Positions 50,243-62,800 of a stretch of DNA of 64,000 bases are shown here, one piece after another. The translations under genes were made by a program, and so were the position numbers. Every line of letters starts with the position of its first letter. Within the stretch, counting starts at the first letter, position 1. The stretch spans positions 1 to 64,000 of the forward strand of contig DF237453.1 in the NCBI GenBank assembly GCA_000708835.1, written 5' to 3'. Source of the DNA: Klebsormidium nitens. Its lineage: Eukaryota; Plantae; Klebsormidiophyceae. The notes under the pieces were generated by a model. The model was not told the DNA's origin. It saw only the letters and a list, made by a program, of their open reading frames with translations, and made no database searches.

Positions 50243-50483
50243 AAAGGGTCGATTGGTTCCGACCCTAGCTAGCGCTCTCCCTGTCTTTTTAGTCCGTTCA
50301 ATTCCATCCATGATTTTAGAACTATCACGTGACCCTACTTAGAACATGGCCCGCCGCGCTGGTCGTCAATGTCACTTGGGCCGGGACGCGCAGCTGTCCG
50401 TAGTGCATTTTTCGATTCAATACTCTACCATGCAGTGCACCATGCATGCATGAAAACCCCCGGATTCTGAAAGGGTCGATTGG
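50243..50483. repeat. 14-bp direct repeat pair (AAAGGGTCGATTGG at 50243 and 50470); the first copy forms a hairpin
   Basis: Identical 14-mers 227 bp apart; AGGGTCG-ATTGGTTC-CGACCCT inverted repeat at the first copy. Confidence 0.75.
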
Positions 50484-50619
50484 AAACAGTACAATTATGC
50501 ACAGTGCGTGTCAGACGTGTCTTTCTGGTGAGAAGATCCCTGTCGGACGTTCAAGCGACTGGTCTTACAGATCGAAGTGACTCTTTTGGTCGTCATTGTC
50601 ATCACAAAACAACCCCCCC

Positions 50620-51005
50620 TCAACTTCCATATGGAATGCATACGAACTTCAAGCCGGTAGAATCTCGTACGAGCGCCGCATGGAAATTTCAATCGGCGTC
50701 CATGTGAGTGCGGCATGGAGATCAGACATTCGGTTTCCATGCGGTTTCCGACCAAGAACTCGCTTGGAAACCGGACGAAACATTCATATGAACACCGATC
50801 GGGAATCCATATGGAAATCATGTTTGGAAACCATGCGGAAATTGTACGAGGGTGGCGCTTGTGAACATCATGCGGAATCGGTACAGAACTCGACTCCGGA
50901 AACTGCGGCCTATTTACATGATATCCAAGCTTGTGGTTACCGTATGATATCCATGCGGAATCTTATCTTAGGGCTGGATATTTGACCTGCCATCCATGGA
51001 TACGG
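50620..51005. repeat. Cluster of ~9 CCAT(G/A)(C/T)GGA(A)-like motifs in both orientations, several palindromic
   Basis: TTCCATATGGAA (50625), CCGCATGGAAA (~50676), TTTCCATGCGG (~50734), TTCATATGAA (~50783), TCCATATGGA (~50807), CCATGCGGAAA (~50831), CATGCGGAAT (~50868), TCCATGCGGAAT (~50950), ATCCATGGAT (~50992). Confidence 0.75.
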
Positions 51006-52414
51006 GAAGGCCGCAAGCCTTTGGAAAATCGAACTGCTAGTGAGTAACATACCGAATGGGCTGCCAAGGCAGTACTTCAAATGACTGACACATAAATCTT
51101 GCATGTCAAAGCCTTTGATATCCTCAACAACACGAAATACGAATAGCTAAAGAACGTTTTGTAGAGCTGAGCAGGTTGATGACGTCACTGTTGGCCTGCA
51201 GGCTTGATCTCCATGCTTGGTTGGTGGCCAAGCTTGAGCGGAGGTCTGCAGGTTGTAGAAGTTGTAGCAGGGCTCCAGAGCTTGGCTGTCCCGAATGAAT
51301 GGGCCTGCGACAGGGGCAAGAGGAGTGAGAATCTGTAGGCTAGGCAACAATTGCTTAGGTCTTTCGAAGCTTGCGTACTTAGACTCCAAAAAATCTCGAC
51401 GGCAGCGCTTTCGAAACGCACGCTTTCACCAAACATTTTGCACTTCAAGCGACTCCAATAAAAGCCGCAAAGACAAGCAGACGCGAAATGAAAATCTGTG
51501 CTTATAATGGTCTACAGGTGCTCTACTTTCTCGGACCAAAGTGTTGCGAGTCCTAGCCAGGATACCCGAAATGACACTGATGAGGCCACCGAGATTGGTG
51601 CGAGTGCATGCTCCAGACAGCAAAGCAAGTGCGTGCAGCTTGTAAGTCTCCTGAGGTCCAGCAAAGTACCAAGCGTCAGACCCACCTGTGGTGTCCCCAG
51701 CGTTGGCCGCGTGCTGACTAGTAGATAACCGCGCGCAACCCGCCCCCAGGACCCAATGAGGCAAAAAGCGGCGAAGTCCGTCAGCGTCGCCCGCGCCTCC
51801 GCACCGGTGCCTGCGCGCGCGCAGCCGCCGCTCCACAAACCCGGCTCCACCCCTGCCGTAAGCGTGCTTGTCTCGACCATGCCGCGGCTGCAGAAGCTCG
51901 TCCCTGCAATCAGGAGGTTACCATATTCATTCCGGTCACTATAATGTTAGAGAGGTGTGGGCTGTCACCCTCCGAAGATCGTCAATCTGTGTGCCCCACA
52001 GGCTGCGGAAACAACCACGGCGGAAACCCCACCAAAAGCGCCGGAAGAACTTGTGCTGGGCACCGTCTCACTCAACGTTTGTTTCGACTAGGTTTAGATT
52101 TAACGGCTGGAAGGTTTGCGAATCGACATTTCCAAAACCTAGATATGATTTTTAAGAAGCTGGATTCATTTTCAAAGACCCACTGTCCGACTAGCTCACT
52201 CGCCAGCTTGCAAACAGATTGTCACTCATAAGCACAAAACCGCATCATAACTATCCCGCAGATGAAAATGACGACGCTGTCTCTAGCTTTGTGGCGGCTC
52301 GCGTAAGGAACAAACGAGCACTCAAAAGAAAGTCTTTCTGAAAGCGGCAATCTCGTCCGACTCAGAGCAATAAAAGGCAGTGACAAATCGTCGTCTACCC
52401 ACGCAAATCCTCAC

Positions 52415-52589
52415 CGCAGCAGCGTTGGTCATACAACAGTCTCGCGAACAAGATGGACGTCTGGTCGGTGACACGTGGCCCGCCCCGGAGCTCCTCCAGT
52501 AGCGCATCCACGTGGTGGAACACTTTCGTGAAGCTTGATGCCGAACTGGAAGAAGAAGGTCTTGCTCATGCTCTTGCAGTCGTCGAGAC
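52415..52589 (-). pseudogene. Decayed exon, paralog of 55104-55286
   Basis: Bounded by AG and GTGAGG. Reads GLDDCKSMSKTFFFQFGIKLH/FHHVDALLEELRGGPRVTDQTSILFARLLYDQRCC with a frameshift. Confidence 0.6.
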
Positions 52590-55103
52590 CTGCACAATCA
52601 ACGACTGTCCTTCAACGGTTGACACACACCCTAAAACCGGCTTAGAACTGGAAAGCTGCAGGAGGTAATTCGTCGCTTGGCTTATGACATAAATACCAGT
52701 CGGTTACAGAACGGCCGGGACAGCAAGTGAGTTCTCACAGGCATACCAGAAGAAGAGAAGGTGTTGAAGGGGGCGACAACCTGTCGAGATGAGGTGCCTG
52801 AATGGGTGTACAAGTGATAGGCTGGGCGGGTGACCCCAAGGTTCAATCAGCGCGGTGGACATCTTAGAAGGAAACGTGAACTGGGCATCATCGCTGGAGA
52901 AGAAGTTTTGAAGGCAGGCATACAATCTACGGCAAAAAATGGAGAGGTCAACGCAGATCTCCGCGGTCCCGGATTCATTGTTATCAGGAGAACTTGCCGG
53001 GTATACTAATCAGAATTAACTTGTCAGCACTTGGTTCTGTCGAGGACTTGTATAATGGACCAGAGGGGGTGCAAGCCCAAGTGGAAACCGATATCCCCAG
53101 GATCCGGATCAGTTGATCGGATTCTTCAAATGGCTTGTCAACTTCCACTTCTCCGGGTTAGGTAGACGCTTTTCATGATGGATGTGAGCGATAATGAGCG
53201 GTCCCTCACCTCCGCATGCACTTACTGCTCGGAGTCGATGGTTGCTTGGTCTCAACACGCGAGCGGGCGGGCGAGCGGGCAGAAGGAGCGACACGTTGCA
53301 TACCTGCAGACACGGCACAAGAGGTTTGAGCTTGGTGTTCCCAAATTCGGGCTTCCCCGTTACAAGCAAGTAGAAAAGGAAGAGCGCTGTCATACAACTC
53401 CGGCTTGCAATTGAGACATGATGTCTGCAGAAAGATTGAGAAAAGTGTGACTCAACAGGCTCGGCGACGCCGACACGTTTGCATAACAGCGGACAAATTC
53501 CGACAAAGTCAAAGAATCAAGGGCCTTGCCTTGACGAAAGCCTGAGCGGCTCTTGGGTTCTGCGGAACCAAGTCTCCTTCAAGCTCTCCGCGCATCGAGA
53601 GAAACAAAGGCCGCACAAACACGCGTACGAAGGTGGAACCTATCTTCCTTGTGCTCTACTTTTCATTGAGCTACAGTAACGGTTGTTCTAAGTCTCGACT
53701 AACGAAGTCAGGGAAGTCTACTGTGAAAGGTTGGGGGCACCATCGAAACTCCGAAGCGAATAGAAGCGTTGCTAACCACTTCTTCGCCCGCCCCAGCCTG
53801 TCCGAACGTTCAAAAGGTGAGCACGGCCAGTGCGGCTTTCACCAGACGTCCAGCCAAGTGCCACGTGTCGACCCACCTGTCGTCTTCTCGCGTGGCCCTC
53901 TAGCTGGCCCGTGCTGGCTAGTAGGTGGGCAAGGGCAACCCGCCTTCAGGACCCAGAGCGGCGAAGGGCAGCGAAAATCAGCAGCGTTGCCGCGCTCCCC
54001 CACCGTTGCCTACGCGCGCAGCCGCACCTTCCGCGCTGCCCCAAGCGGTTCAATGTCTCAGCTAGTATGCCGCCGCTGCGGAAGGTTGTTCCTGAAACAC
54101 GATTTAAGAGCATGAATGCCGATGACGATGATTAAAAGTAAGATGGACCGGAGGTGTCACGTTGGTAGTGACCAGTGGTGCTTCGTGGGTCCTAGGGACT
54201 GTGGAAGAATGGCAACGTGCCAACTTGAAGACCACTAAAAGCGCCAGTTGACTTTGCATGTCACTTGAATCAGGGAAACTCCCGTAACTTAGACAACGCT
54301 TTGCAGTCCCGGTTCAGCGGCTCAAGAATCGACCCAACTTTAAGTCCAAAGAAGGCTCGGTGTTAACGACCTTTTGAAGAGCCACTTTCCGTTTCCCATC
54401 ACCAGCTTTGATGCAAACTGCTGACCGCAAAGCAATGTTTCGCGTTGACTTTCACCGAGGAGACAAAAGAAGCGTCTGCGACACGGTGCTAAGAGATAGG
54501 ACCGAGGTGGAATTGCACAATGGAGCGGAACTGACCTGCGGATGATGAGCACGTCACTGGTCGCTACTCGCCGCATCAGCATCGTTTGAACGTCTTCTTC
54601 TAGTAGCCCTTGTCTGCATCTGAGAGAGAGGGCGGCATGTTCAGTTTTACAAACTTCATTTCAAACCGAGTGTTCAGGTTAACACCTTTTCGTGCAAGTT
54701 GGGCCATCGCACCGTTCGACCTCGTTTGTCCCTTCGATTCCGTCGGTCCGTAATCAGATTCAATACAGCAGGTACTGCAAATCTACGCAAAGCAGCCAGG
54801 GTAGTGCCTAGATACCCTCTTCACCCGCGGGGCCCGCCCGTGGTACCCTTGAATCCGGCTTTGCATGACGTTATATTCAATTATCCTCGTCTTACTCGGT
54901 TGAGCCACGAAACGGATAGGCACGCGACATCTCCGTTGATTTCGTTGGACAACGTAGCCTGAAGGTTTAGAGACGATATCAGGCAGAAGAAGACAGACAA
55001 ACAGGCGGAGCTCTTTTCAAAACTCGACCCTCATCCCGTCTTATCCAATACAGCAGAGTCTAAATTTTGATAAAGGTGTGTCCGACTGCCAGAGCGGCCT
55101 CAC

Positions 55104-55286
55104 CGCAATCGAGTTGGTCGCAGAGCAGCCTGAGAAGCGAGATGGACCTCTGGGAGTCGACGACACCCGGCCCGCCCCAGCGCCTCCCCAGGAGCGCATA
55201 CGCGAACGTCGGCGTGGTAGAAGATGCGGTGCAGCTTGATGTCAAACGGAGGAAGGAGACTCCGCTTCGGTGCAGTCGTGGACAGC
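55104..55286 (-). pseudogene. Decayed exon, paralog of 52415-52589
   Basis: Same splice boundaries. Reads FDIKLHRIFYHAD/YALLGRRWGGPGVVDSQRSISLLRLLCDQLDC with frameshifts. Shared blocks include ACGACTGCA, CATCAAGCT, GGGGCGGGCC, CCAGA.GTCCATCT and TGCGGTGAGG. Confidence 0.6.
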
Positions 55287-56810
55287 CTGCGGAACACACA
55301 GCTCTTATTGATCGCACGACATGAACGACCTGGTAATTTCAAAAAGGACTCGCAGTCAACCGGTCGCTTGAATGGGCAACACAAGGCGAACAGTCTGGAA
55401 CAAAATTGCGGGACAGTGCAAACTAGTGTACCGAAACGACAGCCGAAGGGAGAAGCGTGTTAAGAGGTGGGAAATAACGCCGTGACGCCAGCTATGGTGG
55501 GCTCGTTTGATTGAGACACAAATGCCTTGAGTTCCAAGGAAGTTGGTGCGATATACAGGACAGCCTCGCAAGATGAAGGCAAGCACATCTAACGGGCGAC
55601 CGGAATCGCTTGAAGCAGGCAGACCGTCCCCCGGTAGACGGTCTACCGGGGGATCAGAAGATAACGGACGCAATTCGAACCCAAGTGCTTCAGAAATTAT
55701 TGCTGTCAAGGAGATCTACTCGGTCAAAAGGTCAACCGCGCATTCGACTGGCCTCCTGATTGATTCAGTCGTGCTCATGATGCAGAGAAGACGAGGGCAT
55801 CAAGAAAGACCATGAGCGCTGCAAGTGCAAGTGAGTATACCGACATCCAGTGTCTCGAAATCAGCCAACCGGGTTCGTCAAACAGTTGCGGTCCTCTCCA
55901 TCTTTCCAATCTAGGCGGGCGCTTTCAGTGATGCACGTGAGCGAACGCGAGAGGGCCCTAACCTGTGCCGACAGATGCCCGAACATGCTTCTTTGGTGAG
56001 GTCAACACTTGTTGGAGCAGGCAACACGCTGTACAGGTTCGCAACACGCGGTACATCTGCAGCAACGGGGTTTCAAGTTCGAAGTTTGTGTGGAGTTCAA
56101 GAAGGAAAGCGGATGGACTACACCGTCGTAGAAGTTCAGTCAAGGTTGGATTCGGGCTTGACCTACCGCCCTCGTGTCAAAAGCATTGGTCGCCAAGAAC
56201 CAAGTTCGTACAGCAACTTGAAAAGAAGCACGTCAGCAGATTCTGACGTCCAAATCAAAACTCGACATCGGGACAATAGTTACCGGTCAGGAGTTTTTGG
56301 TATCGGCTCTTACAAGCACACTTCTATTGAAGAGAGCGGCCGAGCAGTAAGAGCCGCAACACTCAAAACGATATGGTCACCGAGTGGTCAGGTATATACC
56401 TGGGGCTGGTGGCTGGTGGCTGGCGGCTGCCCGGGTTGAAAGATGACAACGATCTCAATATCTGCACAAAGGAGTGTTTTCGAGTGTGACCCACGGACTT
56501 GTCCTCCAGAAGTGACGGCACGAAAATACTCAAGTAAAGAAGTCCGTAGTAGCTGCGCCAGACCATGTAAAGGGGTTTCTGCTTTGGCAATCCCAAAGGA
56601 GCTCGAATCTTCACGGTCGACATGCGGAATCAGACAGGTGTATTTAAAGTAAACGCTTCCAGCAAGAACCGTCATGGAAGCAAAGGGATTTGACAATTTC
56701 CCGAAATCCAAAGTCTTCGGTAAACAATCACAATTCTGTTGCGCCTTCAAGGTGTCAGCCAATCGAGACAAATCCCGCTTGTCCAAGGTAGCTCTTAGGC
56801 GTAGACGGCC

Positions 56811-59800
56811 TCACCAAGACGTGTACTGGAAGAGGAACCGGTTGACGAAGAAGATCTCGGGCAGGTCGTTGCGCGGCACAACGTGCACGGCGCGGAGAAC
56901 GTTGGCGGTGTCGACCAGCTTGAACTCGCCGCCGCGCGCCATGCCCTCCCACTTCAGTTGCACGCACTTGGTGAGCTTGTCGATGGCGGGCAGCTTCTTG
57001 TAGTAGCGCACCAGCGCCATCTCGTGGCGCCGCTGCTGCCCGGGCGCATGGCCCTCCACGGTGCAGCTCAGGAAGAGCCGCACCTGCGCGTGGAGGTCCC
57101 ACGGGGCTTGTCCCTCGGCCTCTCCTTGGAGCGCGATGTTGCTGTACCAGGGCCGTCCGTGGAAGCTCGGAACGGCCCTGGCGCACATAGGGCGGGGGCC
57201 GAAGCGGTCGCTGTCGCCGGTCGGCAGGGCGAGGGCGCTGTGCACAGTTACCTGCGGGGAATATTGAAAAGCTTTTGCATTAGGGTCGCGCATAGTCTGA
57301 TAGACGCCCGTAAGAGAATCAGCTGCCGCAACTGGAAAACATAACTGGAAAACATAATTCGCTATTATGCTGCTAGCACCGAATCAGAGTTCCCTGATCC
57401 ACCCACGAAAGCCCAGGCGTTCGACCCAAAGTGCAATGCGCAGCTTTTTCAGATCTGAACGTTGCATATCAGCGAAGGAGCAAGAGGGGAAACGCTAACA
57501 AGCTTGTGTAAGATTCCAAGGATGCATCAGAAAAGGCTTGTCGAAGTTGAAAATGACCCACCACGCGCTTTGCAATCCGGTCGTAGTCCTTGCCCAGAAA
57601 CTTGCGGAGTTGTGTAGCGAGGTGTCTCAGCTCGGGTTGCTGATTTAGCAGCTCGCGCGCGTGTTTGGATGAAGAAGGCCCGTCAGCTGGATCCGAGCTC
57701 GGGTTACTGATGTGCTCCAGCCACGGGAGCCTCAGGTTGAGCTTGACGGAGGACAGCACGTTCCGGCGGGGGTCGCTTGTCATCGCCTGTCAAAAGAAAA
57801 AAGAATCGCAGGATGATCCGCTCGGTAATTCCTGGATCACAGAAAAGCTCTCGCCTTGACTTTCGAGGCACTAGGGTTTAACTCGGTTCCAACCAAAGCA
57901 GTTGTCAATATCGTTTAAACTTCGGGCAAGTGGCGACATCTCCCAAGGACGAGATGCAGCTGCTCAGACTTTCAAATGATTGCAACGACAACGAGATGCA
58001 AACGCTCGGACTTGCAAATCACTGCATCGACAACGTCACACCTGCCAAGGTACATTTTTCAAGCACTCTGCGATGAGCGGACAGGCAGGCTTGCAGATCA
58101 TCTCGGACCTCTAAGTGGAATCATCCTCGAAACCTTTCAACAGCTTCGATTCCAGTCTTACCCGTTGAAGAGCCGTCCTTGCATTGTCCTCGGTGCGCTG
58201 CTCCTCGTCCTCCTGGTCCTCCTCGTCGGCATTTGGCAGGCCGGCTGCTTTTCGCAGTTGGCAGAGTCGTCGATGATGTTTGAGGACCTGTGAAGACGGT
58301 TTACAAGTGCTCAAGCGCAGGCAAAACTCGGATAATGGATTGCATCCCGGGGAGTCCTGGTACAAAGCATTTCCAAAGTGGACAACACAACGATGTCTCA
58401 CAATCGATGCCAAGCTGCAAGAGAACGTCAAGCTAGAGGCCGGCAGCTCTGTCCGACCGCGACGCTACTTGAGAATGTGCAAGTCAGCCAAACTCCAGGG
58501 CTTTAAAGAGTAGATTCGACCGCAAGGTTTTCTTTTGCCACGCTCTCTAGAGCAAAGAGAACGAAGTCGGCTGAGCTTAGACGAGCTCGTCACCTCTCGC
58601 TTCACCAGAATTCAGAATCCTCTTACAGTTCAAACACTTCAAGCCCCGATTAGAAAGCCATGGGCACCACCGCTCACCTGGTCCATCGCGTTCCTCCGAT
58701 TACTGGCTCTGTAGCCAATTTTGAGCAGCTGTATGTCGAGCGACTCGAACAGATTTGTTGAGTAGTGAATGGGCACTCCGGAACGCCATATGCAGTCCCG
58801 GTAGTGCGAAACCAGGTGGATTTTGATGATTCGGAACTCGGAGGCTTGCCCCTCGCCGAGCGTACGAATGATCGCCTTCACAGCCCTGCACAACAAGGAC
58901 ACTTCAGTCCCCGAGTCCGACTGACCAACTTCATAAACTTGAGGTTGTACACGACGTCGCTAGCTGTCTAGTAGACCAAAACTTTCTATACTCCGTGACC
59001 GAGAGCTGGAGATGTGTTGAAAAATGTTCGAACCTAACTAAGCAAGCTGATTGGAAACAAGGGCATGTCGAGACTCGTGAAAGTAGTAGCTGAATGCAAG
59101 TGACCAGAGGGCTCCTTCGGTCTTTCTTTCTGCAAGACAAGAGTCCGCAACCGTTCAACTTGCAAACCAGAAAGCGGCCCATGTAGTGAACAGTCAGTAG
59201 GAGACTAATCTGTTAGTGACTAAATTTAGAAAAGGGTGACTTCCCGGATGATGCTTGAAGACTGACACGACTTCCGACCCCGAGCAGCTCATGAACCTGG
59301 TGAATCTAAAGTCGGACTGATATGCTTTGCCTCACTTTTCGCCTTGTCGCTCCATCTGGGTCAGCGAAGCCTCCGTGTGTTCGTCCGTCCGGCAGGCAAG
59401 AATCACCCAGTCCACGAACTCAACCAGCGCCGCAATGATGCTGTTGTCCACAAGGCCGACGAGAGCAGGGATGACCACCTGAAAGCGTACGGAGGTTGTG
59501 GTTCAGCAGCTGAATGAAGCTCGGGGCTGGCCTCAAAACGTAGGTCCTCATTTGAAAATAGACGCTGCTTTCAGAGGAGAGACACCGCAGCAAGGGCAAA
59601 GCACAGGCTGCCATGTTGGTGACTTTGTAAATTGGAAAGTTCGCCTCCCGGATCGTCTTAGAGGAAGTGCGGATGGCTGGTTGCGATACAAGAAAGACGA
59701 TTCAAAAAGCGAGGTATCATTCTTCTGAATAGCATACAAGCAGATCCGATCGTCTTACCTGCATCACCGCCCGATGTTCGAATGCTGCAAACTTGGATCT

Positions 59801-62800
59801 GCCCGAGCTAGTGAAGTACCCTCCTTTGTCAGATCCGGGCACACGCAGATCGGCGAACCTGAAGTGATGTCACGGGAATCAGGATTCCTGCTAGAGTCGC
59901 ATTCACATTGAGAGCTCTTTGGCTGTCGAAGCAAGTGCCTCACAATCTGGACATCTACTATAAGCTGAGGAACTAAAATCTCGGGTTTGAATCTCCTTGG
60001 CTTTTCTAAGTAAGTCACATCAGACGGACTCCCTGACCAACATGTTACACGAATCGAGAAGTACATTTTGTGGTCAAAGACCAGGTGAACAAGTGCCAGA
60101 GTACCATCTAAGCCAACCATTCCTACTGCTCTTCTGTAGTGCTCTGACTTCTCACCTGTAGTTCTCTTTAATGTCCATGAGCGCCTTCTCGATGGCGCGC
60201 GCAATAGCCGTGCGGTGGGACCCCGCTGCCACGTTGAGTAGCGCGTCGCAGATGGTGGGGAACAACCCCAAGTCCGTCTGGTGCATCATGTCTACGTGCA
60301 CCGCCCGGTAGGGGTTCCCCCAATCGGTGTCGCCCCCATTGAAGCCCCACAGAGCGCACTGCACATGGGTCGACAATCGCATTGGAACTGTTGTCAAAAA
60401 GGTGGTCTGCTCGAGTGACCTGGATGAATGTCCTCCAAAGTTGTGCTCTCAAGTTGTCAATCACGGGCTTGATCACGGGCTTGTTCTACCAAGGCTTTAC
60501 TGCCGAGAAATTACACAAACACGCAAGAAAGGGGCTCTCAGCTACGGCAGGACATAGGAAGCTTGGAAGACTAATTCTTCTAAAAGGTCTCGTCCTCACC
60601 TCCACGGGATGCAAAGACAGGCCCATCGACCACTGATCGCGCTTCACAGGGTCTATGTCCTTGTTGGTGATCTTGGCGTGAGCCGCCATCATGCCTTTCT
60701 GCGTCCGGAAATGGAAGTGCTTGTCCACCTCGCACAGACGAGAGGCGGGGCACATGCAGATGCTGCACGGGGCGTTCGTCTGGTTCGTGTCTTTCGTACA
60801 CGTCACCTGTGGCATGAAGCAACGGGTTGGTGGTCAGATATTTCTGCTTCAGACCCTCTTCGCACGCAGAGTCTTCATTGCAACATCGCAAACGTTCTGC
60901 AAACCTTCTGCGAGAACGCGGGCTGACATTTCAGTACCAAGCTTATTGAGAAGCAAGACCTTTGCTAACTTGTCAACAACTGTATTGCCTGAGAGGTGTA
61001 CCACATCCAGTTCTCAATTGTCTTGATGCCTGCTGCGCCTGCGAAAGGTTGGACTCACTTTGCATCCCTCAGGATGATCGCAGACGTAGGCAAACAACAT
61101 CGGGTAAAACCACCTCTCCTCAGCGTCCGGATCCTCTGACATGAAGCCCCTGCACACACATCAGGTCAACCTTTCTGTTAGCAATTAAACCCTGAAGTTT
61201 AAAGCTACTTCTACTTGCTTCCGTTTCAAGTGAGGAGCTTGTACGCTGGATTGCAATCACTGCACTTTGGGTACAAAGCCTGTAGTAGCGAGCAAGAGAT
61301 CACACAGGGAGAAGGTTGAATGCAAGGCAGCTATAACTCACGTAAAGCTCGCATCCTTGAGCGGTTGCAGAACAAGCCGCAAGCACTCCTGGAAGACCTC
61401 CAGCTTCCGTAAGGTGAGCTCAGCGGACCCAGGCTCAAAACCTGCAACCAATTCGAATATTCCAGAACTTAGCCCAATCCTGGCAAGCAACAATAAGGTC
61501 TGACCTCAAGACTGAGTCACATGCCTGCTTCGAACCACCAATTTCGAACATGTCCGGCAGCCCCGCTTACAGCAATTTCGCAACTGCACGCAACCTTTTC
61601 AGATCCCGGCCCGGATCTCGAGCAAGTACCTGGATGTCCCGGCACAGCGTGTAGGATGGGGAAGATAGCAACCAGTGCATGCCCCCCAGGTTCATTCCGA
61701 CGGTGCGACGCAATGTTTGCGGATGTGAGGGCGAACGGCCAGCCCAGGACGCTCATGTCGTTGGAGAGCGTGGTGACGTCACTGTTCATAATCAGCGGAG
61801 CGATGACCGCTCCAGCGTGGCCCGTTCTGTTGATGTATTCCTGCACGAGACACGCATCATGGTTTTGGACTTGCAGGAGCTCCTTGCAAAGCGAGCACTA
61901 AAGTGGCCATAATTGGAGACAATGCTGGCGACACTCTCCAATATCTCTTTCTGTAAGTTTAATCCAATTCCATCCAAAAATTTGCCAAGACTGCAGTGCC
62001 AACGAGCTTATAAACTTCTGATTGGCGACTTCTAAAGTGGCACATAGGTCTCCCGCTCGGTTCCTTCGCAGGTGGCGCTGACCCAACCGGGGGGCAATAT
62101 CCGAGGCGTTTCTTCCCCCCCGTTGAAGATGACTTAATCACAAAACCATTCGCAACCATGGCACAATCTTTAACCACTCAGGTCTCACCTGAGCCTGTTC
62201 CCAGAAAGTCGCCGTGTCGGGAGAACTGACTGTACGATTGCCCTTGCTGTCTTGCGGTCGATCAGCTAAGCCCGTCGAGTTTGCAGAGTTGGAGAGCATC
62301 TCCTTGAGCGCTTCCTCCGGGTCTCGCATTCGGAGAATGATTGGGTAAGGATCGCCCTCTTTGCTGAGGTCGATGCTCACCCATCCCTAAAAAGACAAGA
62401 AGATGCTTCACTGAAAACTGAGTAACGCAATTGCTTCCCCTCACTTTCCACAGTACCAATTTCAATGAACATCTGCCAAGGTCCAAGCTGCCTTTTTCTA
62501 TTAGATTCAGGGCCGCTGTCTGATCCAACTTGCACGTGCAATAATAAAAAATGGATAGTCTCAAGGACCTGTTGAACATCCTTGAACGACCTTCATTTTA
62601 CCTAAGTTCAGAAGATGGTCTCAGCAGTTCCTGGCGCAATTCAAAGCAACGCTGACATCACAAACGCCAATTGAGAATCATGACCAACTTCGGGTCAGTT
62701 GGACGCTATTTGCAGGGACTCCAGTCACAAAAGATATAAAAAACTGCTGCCATGAGATACACAAGAGTAATGATGCAGGGAACACCCTCAAAACCCTGCA

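Noticed and set aside
56755-57344. Plus-strand ORFs 56755-57186 and 56883-57344
   Set aside because: Antisense to the last Plavaka exon, which carries the recognisable motifs.
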